From: Octopus sinensis
Taxonomy: Eukaryota
Reading direction: 5' to 3'
Length of the DNA: 64,000 nucleotides
NCBI RefSeq assembly: GCF_006345805.1
Contig: NC_043014.1
Span: 32,612,001 to 32,676,000, forward strand
Shown here: one piece after another, positions 1 through 12,234 of the stretch
How positions within the stretch are numbered: position 1 is the stretch's first letter
Layout: every line of letters begins with the position of its first letter
Notes under the pieces: model-generated
Databases searched by the model: none
What the model was told of the DNA's origin: nothing
Seen by the model: only the letters and a program-made list of their open reading frames with translations
Program-made: the position numbers and the translations under genes

Positions 1-109
1 ATGTGTGTGTGTGTATGTGTGTGTGTATTTTATACATATGTACAGTATGTACGTTTGCCTGAATGTACACACATGCACATGCAACATTGCATGTGTGTGT
101 GTGTGTGTG

Positions 110-500
110 TATTAGTAAGTAGGAAAAAGGACAAGGCCCGTTTATCTTCAGGGAAATGGCTATGCTTGATATGCAGAAAAAGAGTGGGCAGAAATTCCTT
201 ACTAGTGCCCTGTCTTGTTTATTACTGACCTATTAGCCATTATAGGGAAGTTTAAGGCAGGTTGTCCATGGTAACATCTTAATATTTATGAACACAGGTG
301 TTTACAGATTCTACTCTATTTCTTAAAAGAGTATCTATACAAGGTTTGTGAAGAAATTTTTGGCATAGAAGCAAAAGCTGGAATTCAAAGGCCTTGAACT
401 CTATTTAGCAAAGACTCAAGGTTTAGTGAGTAGAAAGAGGCACAATTCTGCTACCATCAGGGAAATGGCCGTGCTCATTTTGCAGAAAAGTTACTGGTAG
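110..500 (+). mobile_element. Decayed RTE-clade LINE fragments (post-RT Cys motif, two partial copies)
   Basis: ORF 1..228 contains SGKWLCLICRKRVGRNS. 372-495 gives a second degenerate version (LEFKGLELYLAKTQGLVSRK...). Both resemble the LESKGL-VN-AKTK...KWPCSICRKGVGRNS region of RTE ORFs (family recognition from memory). Confidence 0.5.
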
Positions 501-1087
501 TGTAGCAGGAATGTTCAGCAATCAACTGATGTCATGATCTGCTAGAGTATTATCCATGTGTTCAACAAAATCTGACCAATCATGACTGTGCGCAATAGAC
601 TCCAACGAAGATTTCATCTTTTGGCATGCTTACTTCTGATCCTAACCATCAGTATAAATTCAGCACACCTTGACTACTTAACAGAGAGCTTTGGGATGTA
701 GCTTAGAGAGCTTTGAGGCACAACAGAGATGAGCTGGGGAACAGATGGAGAACAGACATAGGCAGCTGCTGATCTGAGCTGACAACCACCACAATGAAGG
801 ATCAGAGACAGCAACACATTGACCAGCAGCTAACTTTTTGCACACTACAACAAGGACATCAAGAACAATAACATCCAAGCTCTCTCCATGCATTGTCATT
901 CGAAGTAATGACCCTTTTTTTTGTGTGTGTACAAAAAGAATAAAAGTTTTGTTTGTCAAAAACTGCAACTTCTCCCGTGTTCTATTTTGTACAGTAGAAA
1001 TTCCATATGAAAGTTGTATAATAGGATCAGATGAGTATTATAACAGAGGCAGCCTTGTATATGCCAAGCATATCAAAGCAATAGTCA

Positions 1088-1486
1088 GTAAGTGACTGTG
1101 TGGTAAGTAGCTGGCTTACCAACCACATGGTTCCGGGTTCAGTCCCACTGCGTGGCACCTTGGGCAAGTGTCTTCTACTATAGCCTCGGGCCGACCAAAG
1201 CCTTGTGAGTGGATTTAGTAGACAGAAACTCATTGAAGCCCATCGTATATATGTATATATATATGTGTGTGTATTTGTATGCCTGTATCTGTCCCCCTAG
1301 CATTGCCTGACAACCGATGCTGGTGTGTTTACATCCCCATCTCTTAACTGTTCGGCAACAGAGACCGATAGAATAAGTACTGGGCTTACAAAGAATAAGT
1401 CCCAGGGTCGATTTGCTTGACTAAAGGCGGTGCTCCAGCATGGCCACAGTCAAATGACTGAAACAAGTAAAAGGGAGTAAAAAGAG
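1088..1486 (+). mobile_element. SINE family A (tRNA-like head, CORE-like segment, internal (TA)n/(TG)n linker), full length
   Basis: Head GTGACTGTGTGGTAAG...GGTTCAGTCCC (A/B-box-like), ACCTTGGGCAAGT, TA/TG linker, tail GACTGAAACAAGTAAAAG. More than 15 homologous copies in the window. Confidence 0.85.
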
Positions 1487-1554
1487 AAAAGTAAATTTTC
1501 TCACCTGCAAGGTTCCCAAGAATTAGTTGATATCTTCTGTTACCTAGCTGACCT

Positions 1555-2060
1555 AATTAGTAATGAGTGTGTTCTAAAGGTATAGTAACCAGAATAAAAA
1601 TGACTTGAGGAGTGTTCAGTCAGCTATTAGTTCTTTTGGCAACAAAGGACTTTTCCTTTGGAGTGAAGGATAAACTGAATCCTCGTGGTGTACAACTTGT
1701 AATGTTGCATCTAGTGAGATATGGATCATGATTGCAATGGATTTGTGAAGGTTTGAAAGGAATAAAGAGAACATGTTCTATTGAACGTGCAATGTTAATG
1801 TAAAGTGCAAGTTACAATATGATGAGCTGAAAGAAAAAATGAATTTAAGCCGATTTAGGCAGCTTGGAAGAGAGAAAACTACAGTGGTAAGAACATATGT
1901 TGTGTGTAGAGGAGGGCAGCTGAAATAATGTGCTGTATATTCAAAGTGAATGAGACTTGTTGATGAAAGAAACCAATCTAAAGATGTTGCATCTTACAAA
2001 ATAGATGAAAACAGATTGGAATTATAAGTGACAACATTCCATGCAAGAATGGCAATCCGT
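1555..2060 (+). mobile_element. Highly decayed RTE LINE 3' coding remnant
   Basis: Broken translation resembles the RTE C-terminus (LLATKGLSLRVKG..., ERKLRWYGHV-like GAGAGAAAACTACAGTGGTAAGAACATATG). Homologous to the minus-strand remnant at about 39.0-39.3 kb. Confidence 0.45.
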
Positions 2061-2589
2061 ACAATAAAATTTTAAGTGATAATGTCTAGGATGTATAATA
2101 TGTGTCTATATTTGGGCCCTTTCCCCATTTTGTATCTTCTGAGTTTCCATCTACGATTCCTCCAGCCAATTTTTTTCTTTCTCTTAAGTGTTCTTAGTGT
2201 TGACTTATGTCACCCATTATTATTTGCATTGAAGTTTAAAATACAATTATCAGTGCCTAAGAATTCTTTTTCATTTGCCTATGTCTACTTATATATAATG
2301 CCTATATCCATCCATATATATAATGTTCATGCCACATTCACTTTTTTTTTTTCTTTCTTTAGTTCATTATCTGTGATCACTTCTTCAGCTTATTCAACTG
2401 GTCATATTACGCTGAAAGATTACCAACAACATACAAGAGTGAGGATTCCACCATCTTGTTGCATACAAGGCAACTTCACTTGTACTGGTGCCACAAAGAA
2501 AATACCTCCACTGCATGTGGTGATATGGTTAGGATCCAAGTGGAAAGAAGACTTGCTTGAGAAAAAGCTTTAGTTTTCTTTTGTTGAGG

Positions 2590-3047
2590 ACTTGATAACC
2601 ATTCTTACACTGGTGCCATGGAAAAATGCACCAGTGCATTATGTGAATTGCTTGGTAATAGAAAGAGTATCTGGTCATTAAAAACCAAGCTAAAAATCAA
2701 ATGTTACATGTAAGAGTTAGCCCTGCTATTCATTCAGGAAAGCACCTTGCTGTGCTCAAGAAGACCTGTACACCACAATGTTAAGGCCGGTCCTCCTGGT
2801 GAACAGGAATGGCTTGCAAAAGTCCTGTGCTGGTACCACATAAAATACACTTGTGCTAGTGTCACATAATAGTGTCACATGAAAGCACCCAGCAGACTCT
2901 GTAAAACAGTTGGCATTAGGGAAAACCTCTAACCATCGAAGCCATGTCAAATCAGATTGGAGCCTGGTGCAGCTCTCCAGCTTGCCAGCTCTGATCAAAC
3001 CATCCAACCCATGGACAACAGATGTTAATTTATGATGATGATGATGA
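2590..3047 (+). mobile_element. SINE family C (RTE-like tail ending in (GAT)n), with a degenerate upstream partial copy
   Basis: TGGCATTAGGGAAAACC...CAAATCAGATTGGAGCCTGGTGCAGC...CCATCCAACCCATG...GATGTTAA followed by (TGA)n. Homologues at 6.8, 8.2, 37.9, 54.4, 56.7 and 61.8 kb. Confidence 0.75.
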
Positions 3048-3384
3048 TATGTGTGTGTTTGTGTATGGGTATACAGATGCAATACACACACACACACATA
3101 ATACACATAATTTTAATTCAGAGTGTATGTAGTTATCTTATTTGAATGTATAAGCTGAATTAGAAATTGCTACAATGAATAGTTTTGAAAACAAATGAAA
3201 TGTTAGTTTCTTATATTCTTCCTTAAACTAAAAGAAAATCAACTCTTTTCACTCAGTCTCAAGTATTCTACTAACAAAAATTTAATTATTTCATGGCCTG
3301 TGTTTCAATTAATTTTTCTTCATCTGGTTCAATGACCAGGAACCTTTTTAGACCAGCATGTTGAATTTTTATTTTTTATATTTA

Positions 3385-3899
3385 TATACATACATACACA
3401 CATACATACACACATACATACACACATACATACATACATACATACATACATACATACATACATACATACATACATACATACATACATAGAAGCATGTCTG
3501 GACATGCAACTATATGCATGAGAATAGATGCTTTAAATGAAGCATACAAATCTGCACTTATGTATACACACACACACACAAACATACACCCACACACTTA
3601 CATGCACACATACATAAGTACATACAGACAGACAGACAGACACAAAAATATCCTGCTGATGCTGTTGAAATTCCAATGGAGGAGCCTTGGATCTAGGTTA
3701 GAAACCAGCTCTTTTTCTATTGGCAAGAAATCTTGAAATAAAACTAGATAATGACATACGCATATATGTATATTTATCTGTATGTCTGTTTGTCAGTCTC
3801 TTTCTCTCTCTATCTATCTATCTATCTATTTATCTACATTCTATCTATCTATCTATTTATCTACATTTTATCTATCTACCTGTCTATCTCTCTATCCAG

Positions 3900-3970
<71 letters not shown>

Positions 3971-3990
3971 ACTAACTATCTATCTATCTA

Positions 3991-4030
<40 letters not shown>

Positions 4031-4111
4031 TCTGTCCGTCTGTCCGTCCGTCCGTCCGTCCGTCCATCCGTCCGTCCGTCCGTCCGTCCGTCCGTCCGTC
4101 CGTCTGTCTGC

Positions 4112-4161
<50 letters not shown>

Positions 4162-4236
4162 GTCTGTCTTTCAGTCTGTCTATCTATCTATCTGTCTTTC
4201 AGTCTGTCTATCTATCTATCTGTCTATCTATCTATC

Positions 4237-4284
<48 letters not shown>

Positions 4285-4285
4285 A

Positions 4286-4320
<35 letters not shown>
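3385..4320. repeat. Compound microsatellite block: (CATA)n, then (TATC)n/(TGTC)n/(GTCC)n
   Basis: (CATA)n at about 3385-3490; (TATC)n/(TGTC)n/(GTCC)n at about 3800-4320. Confidence 0.95.
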
Positions 4321-5524
4321 GTGGATCAAAAAGAGGCCAAGGAAGGGCGAATGGCACCGCGAGTGTCGCGTTGCTCTCAAGCAAGTCTGCCGTCCTGGGT
4401 CGACCTTGAGTGACTTCAACACAACCAAAGCATTCTATAGGGGATTAGTGGAGGGGAGGTACGACGACGAGCTCGGGGCGAACCTAGACGTCGACGAGGA
4501 GTACCTGACCCGCCGTTCAGGATGACTTTCGGGCCAGGGCCCAGGACAAACTTTCAGAGATCCTTGGCCTGGCAGTGCTACCGAGAAGCGCTACCCGTTC
4601 GGGATAAGCTCTACAGACACGGCTCGAGAAACACGGGGCCGACCTGCCGAGATGTGGTCAGAGCGACGAAACCGTTCTGCACGCACTCGTGCAGTGTCCA
4701 ACAATTTCCGACCTGTGGGCTTATGTCGAACAACTGCTGTCACGTGTGGGACGAGTTGGTTTATCAGCTGAGTCTATCGTCAATATTGTCACGCCTCCTT
4801 CCTTCAAACGGGAAGGAAGAGCTATTTTCATCATCCTTGTGGCTATGGCGAAAGAATGTATCTGGTGGACGCGTCTGAAAGGATTGGAGACAAACACTTT
4901 CCTCTCTGGTCAATCTCTCATCAACTTCAAGTACCACTTGAAAAGGAAAGTGAGAGTAGAGAGGCAAGTTTTGTCTAGCGAATGTTTTAAAAAGATGGGT
5001 GAATGTAGCAAGGATGGCACGTATGAATGACGAAGCCACCTTGAGCATAATCCTATGAACCCAGAAATTGAAAACAGAGGGTTACCCACTTGCAAACAAA
5101 TGTGGTAACATATAACAATATTGACCAAGGTTACCGTGGTCTTTTTCGTAGGCTTTTCTTCCCACGGATAAACCTTACTTGCTTTCCCCTTTACACCATA
5201 TATCATAACACTGTGATACACGATCCCTGTTGATCGTTTTTTTTTCTCTTCCCCTTTTTTTCCCCTTTTTTCTTCTTTTTTCATTTCTCTTTTCTTTTGT
5301 TTCTTTTCCTTTTCCTTTTTTTTCTTTTTATTTTTTTTATTTATTTTTATTTTTTTTAATTTTATTTTGTTCTTTTCTTCCCTTTTACGATCCCTCTTGA
5401 TTGAAAACCTACGCCACCCCCTTTTTTTTCTTTTGTTTTTTGTTTTATTCATCCCCTAAAAGAAAAGCTCTACCTTGTAACTTGTCCCATCTGTGTGCAG
5501 CCCTGTGTGGCCAATAAAGAAACT
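4321..5524 (+). mobile_element. 5'-truncated Tx1-clade (L1 superfamily) non-LTR retrotransposon: ORF2 C-terminus with CCHC finger plus 3' UTR
   Basis: Three frameshifted segments: [21 protein letters not shown]...; SLAWQCYREALPVRDKLYRHG; TC(P)RCGQSDETVLHALVQCPTISDLWAYVE (C-x2-C-x8-H-x4-C once a 1-bp deletion is restored); ...LVAMAKECIWWTRLKG. T-rich 3' UTR, AATAAA at 5513-5518, CpG-rich, (TATC)n on both flanks. Confidence 0.85.
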
Positions 5525-5569
5525 TATCTATCTATCTATCTATATATCCATCCATCCATCCATCCATCC

Positions 5570-5623
<54 letters not shown>

Positions 5624-5659
5624 AATATCTATAATATTAATATGATTTGTAGATATGTA

Positions 5660-6225
5660 TTGGGTTGTCCAGAAAGTTCATGCCGATTTATAGCAGCTTA
5701 CCTTTCGACTTATTTTAGATCATGGTTGAGTCTATAAAATAGGATTTGACTACATCTCCATTTAGAGCACAGTTTAAACTATCTTTTCGTGGAAGAAGGT
5801 ATATGTTCCTATAAGCTGTGTTAATTCTGTAACCCTTTAAAATGGAAGATAAGAAAGTTCACTTTCAGCTCTTGATGCTTTGGGAACCAGACAAAAATTG
5901 CTGCAGCTCAGCTGGGATGTGTTACCCCACCCTCCATATTCACCAGATATTGCTCCTTCAGATTTCCACTTATTCAGGTCTCTGCAGAATAGTCTTAATG
6001 GTAAAGATTTCAATTCCTTGGATGAGGTAAAAAGATACCTTGATGAATTCTTTGCCATGAAACCACCTCAATTCTGGGAAGAGGGTATTTTCAAGTTAAA
6101 GGAAAGCTGGAGATGCATTGTGCAACAAAATGGTTCATATTTGGTTGATTAAAAATGTAATGGCAAGTATTTATTGACCTTTTTCCATCCTTTAAAAGTT
6201 GGCACGAACTTTCCGGACAACCCAA
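5660..6225 (+). mobile_element. Internally deleted mariner (566 bp) with both TIRs and TA TSD
   Basis: Left TA|TTGGGTTGTCCAGAAAGTTCATGCC; right GGCACGAACTTTCCGGACAACCCAA|TA (inverted, 2 mismatches). ORF 5880..6152 encodes LPHPPYSPDIAPSDFHLF...IVQQNGSYLVD (mariner C-terminus). Confidence 0.95.
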
Positions 6226-6825
6226 TAGTATGAGTATTTACATACCACTATGTGTGGTGGCTATTTAAGCAATGTGTTCGAGGATGATTAAGGGGTTGGA
6301 TGGGTGCTGATGAAGGGATAAAACCTCAAGAAATTTGGCACATATGCTCATTACCCATTTTTCATCTTTGATCTCATTCTTTGTTTGTTTATGTCTGATG
6401 TCTCACTATGAAACATTATGGCAAATATCAGTGCTGGCTATAATTTCTTTAGAATATCTGTAGAAATAACCTTAACAGAATAATGTAAGAGCACTGCTAA
6501 CACAGTAGAACGTGATATTGATTCATAAAATCATTTAATATACTTTATAGTATATTATAGTTGCATAACAAAATACACTTGCTTACAAATCATTAGTGTC
6601 CTGGTGACAGTATTGTTTCAAACAATATCTAGTAATAATACCATTTAAGATCGATTTGTTTATACTCTTCAGTTTTTTTAAAGCTGTGTGACTTTGTGTC
6701 AATAGGAAAAAATCATTAATATGATTTATCATATTTCTTATGATTGTCATAAAAGTCATCGTCATCATCATCATCATCATCATCATGACGATGACTTTTA
6801 TGACAATCCTCCTCCTCCTCCTCAT

Positions 6826-7075
6826 AATCATCATCATCATGATTTAACGTCTGTTTTTCATGCTGGCATGGGTTGGATGATTTGACCTGGAGCTGGCCAG
6901 TCAGAGAGTTGTCCAAAATTCAACTGTCTGTCATAACATGGTTTCTATGGCTGGATATCCTTCCCAATGCCAACCACTTTACAAAGTATGCTGGGGGCCT
7001 TTTACATGCCACTGGCATGGGTGTATTTATGTGGCACTGGCACGAGAGCATTTTATGTGGCACTGGCACTTATAA
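6826..7075 (-). mobile_element. SINE family C
   Basis: (CAT)n followed by GATTTAACGTCTG...CATGCTGGCATGGGTTGGATG...GGATATCCTTCCCAATGCCAACC. Confidence 0.75.
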
Positions 7076-7847
7076 AGGAGAAGCCTGTAGGTATGGATGA
7101 CAGGAATTTTACTTAGCTTGGTGTATCTCTGAAATACTGTAAATAGATAGAAAGATAAATAGAGAGAGAAGCAGACAAACTGACATGGCCTGTCTAACAT
7201 TAGATGTGTTTTCAGCAGAGTTACTTCGATGCTTGGACTTTTGCCTGCTCTGTATGTATGTAAGCATTTTATAACATATTGCATGGAAATTTTTCTCAAT
7301 GCCCATCACATGTCACCTAAAAAAATTGATAGCTTGTTCACTACTAACATGTGTGACACAAGTTTGGCATCACTGATCCCATTGGGCCTCATGCTACCCA
7401 TACAAAATCTGGAAGTTTGGCTACTTGAAATTTTCCCATTCAGCTACAGTTTCATATAAATAGAACAATAGTCTTACCGTTCTCACAAACTTCCTCTTCT
7501 TAAAATTATCAGTAATAGTATCTAGGATGCATAAGAATTCAATATGCCTGACTCTAATTTTTCTCTCTCATGAAACTCATTTGTCTTGGGCTCAGAGATC
7601 CAATTTAAAATATAAAGCATATCATACAGAAAAGTCAGTTTATGAGAAAGGTGGACATAGAAATATGTGGAAGTATGCTTAAGAAGCTCACTTTTCAACT
7701 CTGTGGTTTCAGGTTCAATCCCACTGCATGATACCTTAGGTAAGTGTTTTCTACTATAGCCCTGGATGAACCAGTGCTAAGTGTCCTGGCAAACATGTCA
7801 GCATGTTAACAATTTCGCCTGCTTGAAACCCTACAATAATAATAAAA

Positions 7848-8060
7848 ATTCTTTCTAGTATAGGTACAAGGCCTAATGCTTTAGTGGAGGGGGCTAGTCA
7901 ATCACATTAAGCCCAGTGCTTAAATGGTACTTATTTTATTGACCCCAAAAGGATGAAAGGCAAAGTTGACTTCAGTGGATTTGAACTCAGACTTAAAGCC
8001 AGAAAAATGTTACTAAACATCTTCACCAACATGCTAACAATTTTACCTACTTGCCACCCT
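7848..8060 (-). mobile_element. SINE family B (tRNA-like head, Meta-domain-like core)
   Basis: GGTACTTATTTTATTGACCCCAAAAGGATGAAAGGCAAAGTTGAC...ATTTGAACTCAG is the reverse complement of the family core GTCGACTTTGCCTTTCATCCTTTCGGGGTCGATAAA. Confidence 0.75.
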
Positions 8061-8182
8061 ACAATAGTAAGAATTAGGAGAAGATCATGAAAATTTCTTT
8101 CAAATGCATACACACAAGTGTGCTCGTATATATGTATGTGTGTGTGTGTGTGTGTGTGTAACAAAGGACTGAGATATCTGGC

Positions 8183-8510
8183 ACCTTGCTGTACTCAAGA
8201 AGGCCATCCACTACAGTAGAATTGATACCGGTACTCATGTCACATAGAAAGCACGCATGCTGGTGTCACATAAAACACAAACACATTGGTGTCATATTGA
8301 AAACACTGGTGCTAGTGCCACATAAAAAGCACCTGATACACTCTGAAGGGTGTTTGGTTTTAGGAAGAGTATCTAGCCATAGAAACCATAGAAGAACAAA
8401 CAAGAGAACCTGATGTGGCCCCTGGTCTTACCAGCTCCAATCAAACCATCCAGCCCATGCCAGCATGGAGAATGGATGTTAACTGCTATTGTTGTTGATG
8501 ATGATGATAT
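8183..8510 (+). mobile_element. SINE family C
   Basis: TTTGGTTTTAGGAAGAGTATCTAGCCATAGAAACC...CCATCCAGCCCATGCCAGCATGG...(GAT)n. Confidence 0.7.
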
Positions 8511-8929
8511 ACAGAAATAGAAGACCTCAGAGACAAGCGGGAGAGAGAGAGAGAGAGAGAGGTTGGAAATCAGCTCCATATGCTTGCATCAGAGGACATT
8601 CTGCTAAAGGCTCCCATGGTGTAAAGTGGAGGTGTTAAACTGGGCCAAGGATCAAGTAGGCCAGGGCAGGATATGAACTCAGGACATGAAGATCCAGAAG
8701 ACATAGAGCAAAGAATCTGGTTCGATGCTCTTACAGTTCCACCAATCAACTGCTTTGAAGCAGTACTTTTCTTTTTATTGCCCTTAAAGAATGAAATAAA
8801 TAGCTAACTCCAGAAGAATTTGAACTCAGAATACACAGAATTGGAAGAAATATGAAGCATTCTGCTTAACACTCTAACATCTGTGCCAATTTGCAACCTA
8901 CAATAATTACAGTAATTAACAGCATTGAC

Positions 8930-8976
8930 TATATATATGTGTGCATATGTGTGTGTGTGTGTGTGTGTGTGGATGG

Positions 8977-9009
<33 letters not shown>

Positions 9010-9422
9010 ATGTATGTATATTATATTCTTACACATATATACATATATGCATGTGTGAGTGTGTGTATAATACCAATATATATAATACCTATATATATAT
9101 ATATCATGTTGATGATACATATATAAATAATCAGTATATATGTGTAAATACATATGTATATGTGGATGCATATATATATATATATACACACACACACACG
9201 TGTATGTTTACATATATAAGTATGTAAATATGTAAATATATAATTATTATATACATATATATATATGTATATGTATATATATGTGTGTGTAAATATGTAA
9301 ATATATAATTATATATATATATGTATGTATTTATATGTATGTATATATATATATATGTATGTATATATATGTGTGTGTATATATATATATATAATATATA
9401 TATATATATTATATATATATAT

Positions 9423-9461
<39 letters not shown>

Positions 9462-9464
9462 TAT

Positions 9465-9501
<37 letters not shown>

Positions 9502-9523
9502 GATATATATATATATATATATC

Positions 9524-9554
<31 letters not shown>

Positions 9555-9895
9555 ATATTTGTATATATATATATGCATATAAATATATGTGTGTGTGATG
9601 TGTATGTGAATTTTAAAAAGGACAACAATGCGAAAAAATTTGTGACAAAAAGCAAACAAACAGAATGAGATCAAAATAATATATTGATGATGGGGAGTGT
9701 TTGCGCAGTCAATTGGTAAAGTGTAAGGAAGCAGGGGAAGTTAAGAAGCTATGATTATATCTAAAGACTTAGGTTTTGTTGCAGAAGAAGGAAATACATT
9801 ATAATTTCTCTCATCCATCTTTAATTACTGCTTAACAAGCTAGCACTAGATCCCTATATAAGTGTGTATGTATGAAATTATATATATGTGTGTGT

Positions 9896-9942
<47 letters not shown>

Positions 9943-10623
9943 TGTGTGTGTGTGTCTATGTGCACATGTGTGTATGTTTGTATGTATGTATATATTTAAT
10001 TGATGGTTGTAATAATATATGCCTCTCATATTGAGATGTAGAGGGAAGAGAGAAGGTGATTGTGATGTGATGTGATGTGATGTGGTGGGTGAGTTGGATA
10101 TGGGGTGAGAGGGAGGTGCGAAGGTGTGTGGGTGTGTGGTGAGGGTGGGCGTGTGGGTGTGTGGGATAGGGGTGCCTGTTCAGTGATGGGTGGTGAGTAG
10201 AGAATAGGACCAGTGTGTCTGTGGAGGTGTGCCTAAAACTGAGCGCTGTTATATCAGTACTGACATTGGTTGTGGCAGTGGCAGAGGCAGTGGCCATGTG
10301 GTGGTGGTGGTGTGGTGGTGGTGGTGGTGGTGGTGGTGGTGGTGGTGACGGTGGCAGCAAGAAAGATGGTAGTTTTTGAAGAAATAGAAACAATGTATTT
10401 ACATCAGCTTGTGTGTGAAAGTTTATGTATATCTGAGTGCTTAAGCTTATACATATATATGTATGTGTGTATGTATGTGTGTATGTATGTGTGTATGTAT
10501 GTGTGTATGTATGTGTGTATGTATGTGTGTATGTATGTGTGTATGTATGTGTGTATGTATGTGTGTATGTATGTGTGTATGTATGTGTGTATGTATGTGT
10601 GTGTATATATATATATATAGATG

Positions 10624-10669
<46 letters not shown>

Positions 10670-10816
10670 TATATAGATATATAGATATATAGATATACAT
10701 ACATATATATACATATATATATACATATATATATATATATATGCATATCCAAAAACACATATATATGTGTGTATGTTTGTGTATACATATATATATAGAT
10801 ATATATACATATTGTT

Positions 10817-10858
<42 letters not shown>

Positions 10859-11532
10859 GTATGCATATGTATATATATATACATATATATATCTATATCT
10901 ATCTATCTATCTATCTATATATATATATATATATATACACATACACACACATATATACAGATATATAATATGAGCATGTGTATGTACACATTATGCGTGT
11001 TTATCTACATATATAAAAACAAACACACATGCATGTATATATAGCTATTCATATAAGTAAGTTTGTATGTATATATATGCACAAAGATAGATGTATGCAC
11101 AAGTAAATTATATATTTATAATTATATACGTTCAGATGCATACAACACACAAACATATATGTGTGTTGTATTTTGCAGATAACAGACATATACATAAGTG
11201 GTGTACTATACACAATGTGCTCACATATGTGTATGTATGCATATATATATATATGTATGTATGTATATATAAATATATATATATACATACATGCATATAT
11301 ATACATATATATATATACATACATATATGTGCATACATATATATAAAAATATACATATACATATACATATTTATATATGTATATATATATATACACATCA
11401 TATATGTAGACATATATTATATACTCATATATATATATATATGTATATACATACACATATATGTTTATGTATGTATATACATACACACACACACAACTAT
11501 ATCGACATAAATACACTCTCACACACACACAC

Positions 11533-11574
<42 letters not shown>

Positions 11575-11709
11575 GTGTGTGAGATTGTATTTATGTAGAT
11601 ATAGTTGTGTGTGTGTGTATGTATATATATATTTATGTGTGTGTGTGTGAGAGAGTGTATTTAAGTAGATATAGTTGTGTGTGTGTGTATGTATATATAT
11701 ATACATATA

Positions 11710-11765
<56 letters not shown>

Positions 11766-11800
11766 TATATATACAAACACACTGATGTGTTGCGTATGCA
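8930..11800. repeat. Large (TA)n/(TG)n/(TATG)n block, including a 12-bp unit (GTGTATGTATGT) array at about 10460-10600 and (GGT)n at about 10290-10350
   Basis: Directly visible. Source of the IY/MCVC-type ORFs in the track. Confidence 0.95.
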
Positions 11801-12200
11801 TGTGTCTGTATTGAAACAGAAAATAGATAAACTGTATGATATGAATATGTATTTCCAATAGAAAAGATAGACGAAGTGGCAGGAGGAGGTGGTGCAGAGG
11901 AGGGGAGAAGGAAGTAATGGGTGGTAACAGTGGAGATGGTGATGGTGATGGTGATGATGGTGGTGAGAAAGGGCGGAGCAGGGAGGTGGGGGAAGAATAA
12001 AGTGGATTGAGGTGCATTTTCTTGTCTATTTACTCGTTTCCTTGTTTACTCGCTTCATTCGTTTACAAAGATTAGAACCTTTGATCATTATTATTAGAGA
12101 GTAATTAAGAAAATAGAAGTCGCTCTGTTATATTTACCCTTTGTCAGAAATGTGGGGTGTGGTTGGGGAGGGAGAGGGGAGGAAATGGAGGTGGCTGTGA

Positions 12201-12234
<34 letters not shown>

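Noticed and set aside
678-1095. Overlapping ORFs 678..968 (-) and 838..1095 (+)
   Set aside because: No domain similarity or splice context; probably decayed repeat sequence.
2076-2573. 165-aa ORF, the longest non-microsatellite ORF
   Set aside because: Hydrophobic F/L/I-rich composition expected from T-rich DNA, includes a poly-T run, no motif, lies between decayed repeats.
7430-7525. 44-bp minus-strand micro-exon candidate (DTITDNFKKRKFVRT, donor CG|GTAAGA)
   Set aside because: Splice-like motifs of this quality occur by chance in AT-rich DNA; no partner exon or homology.
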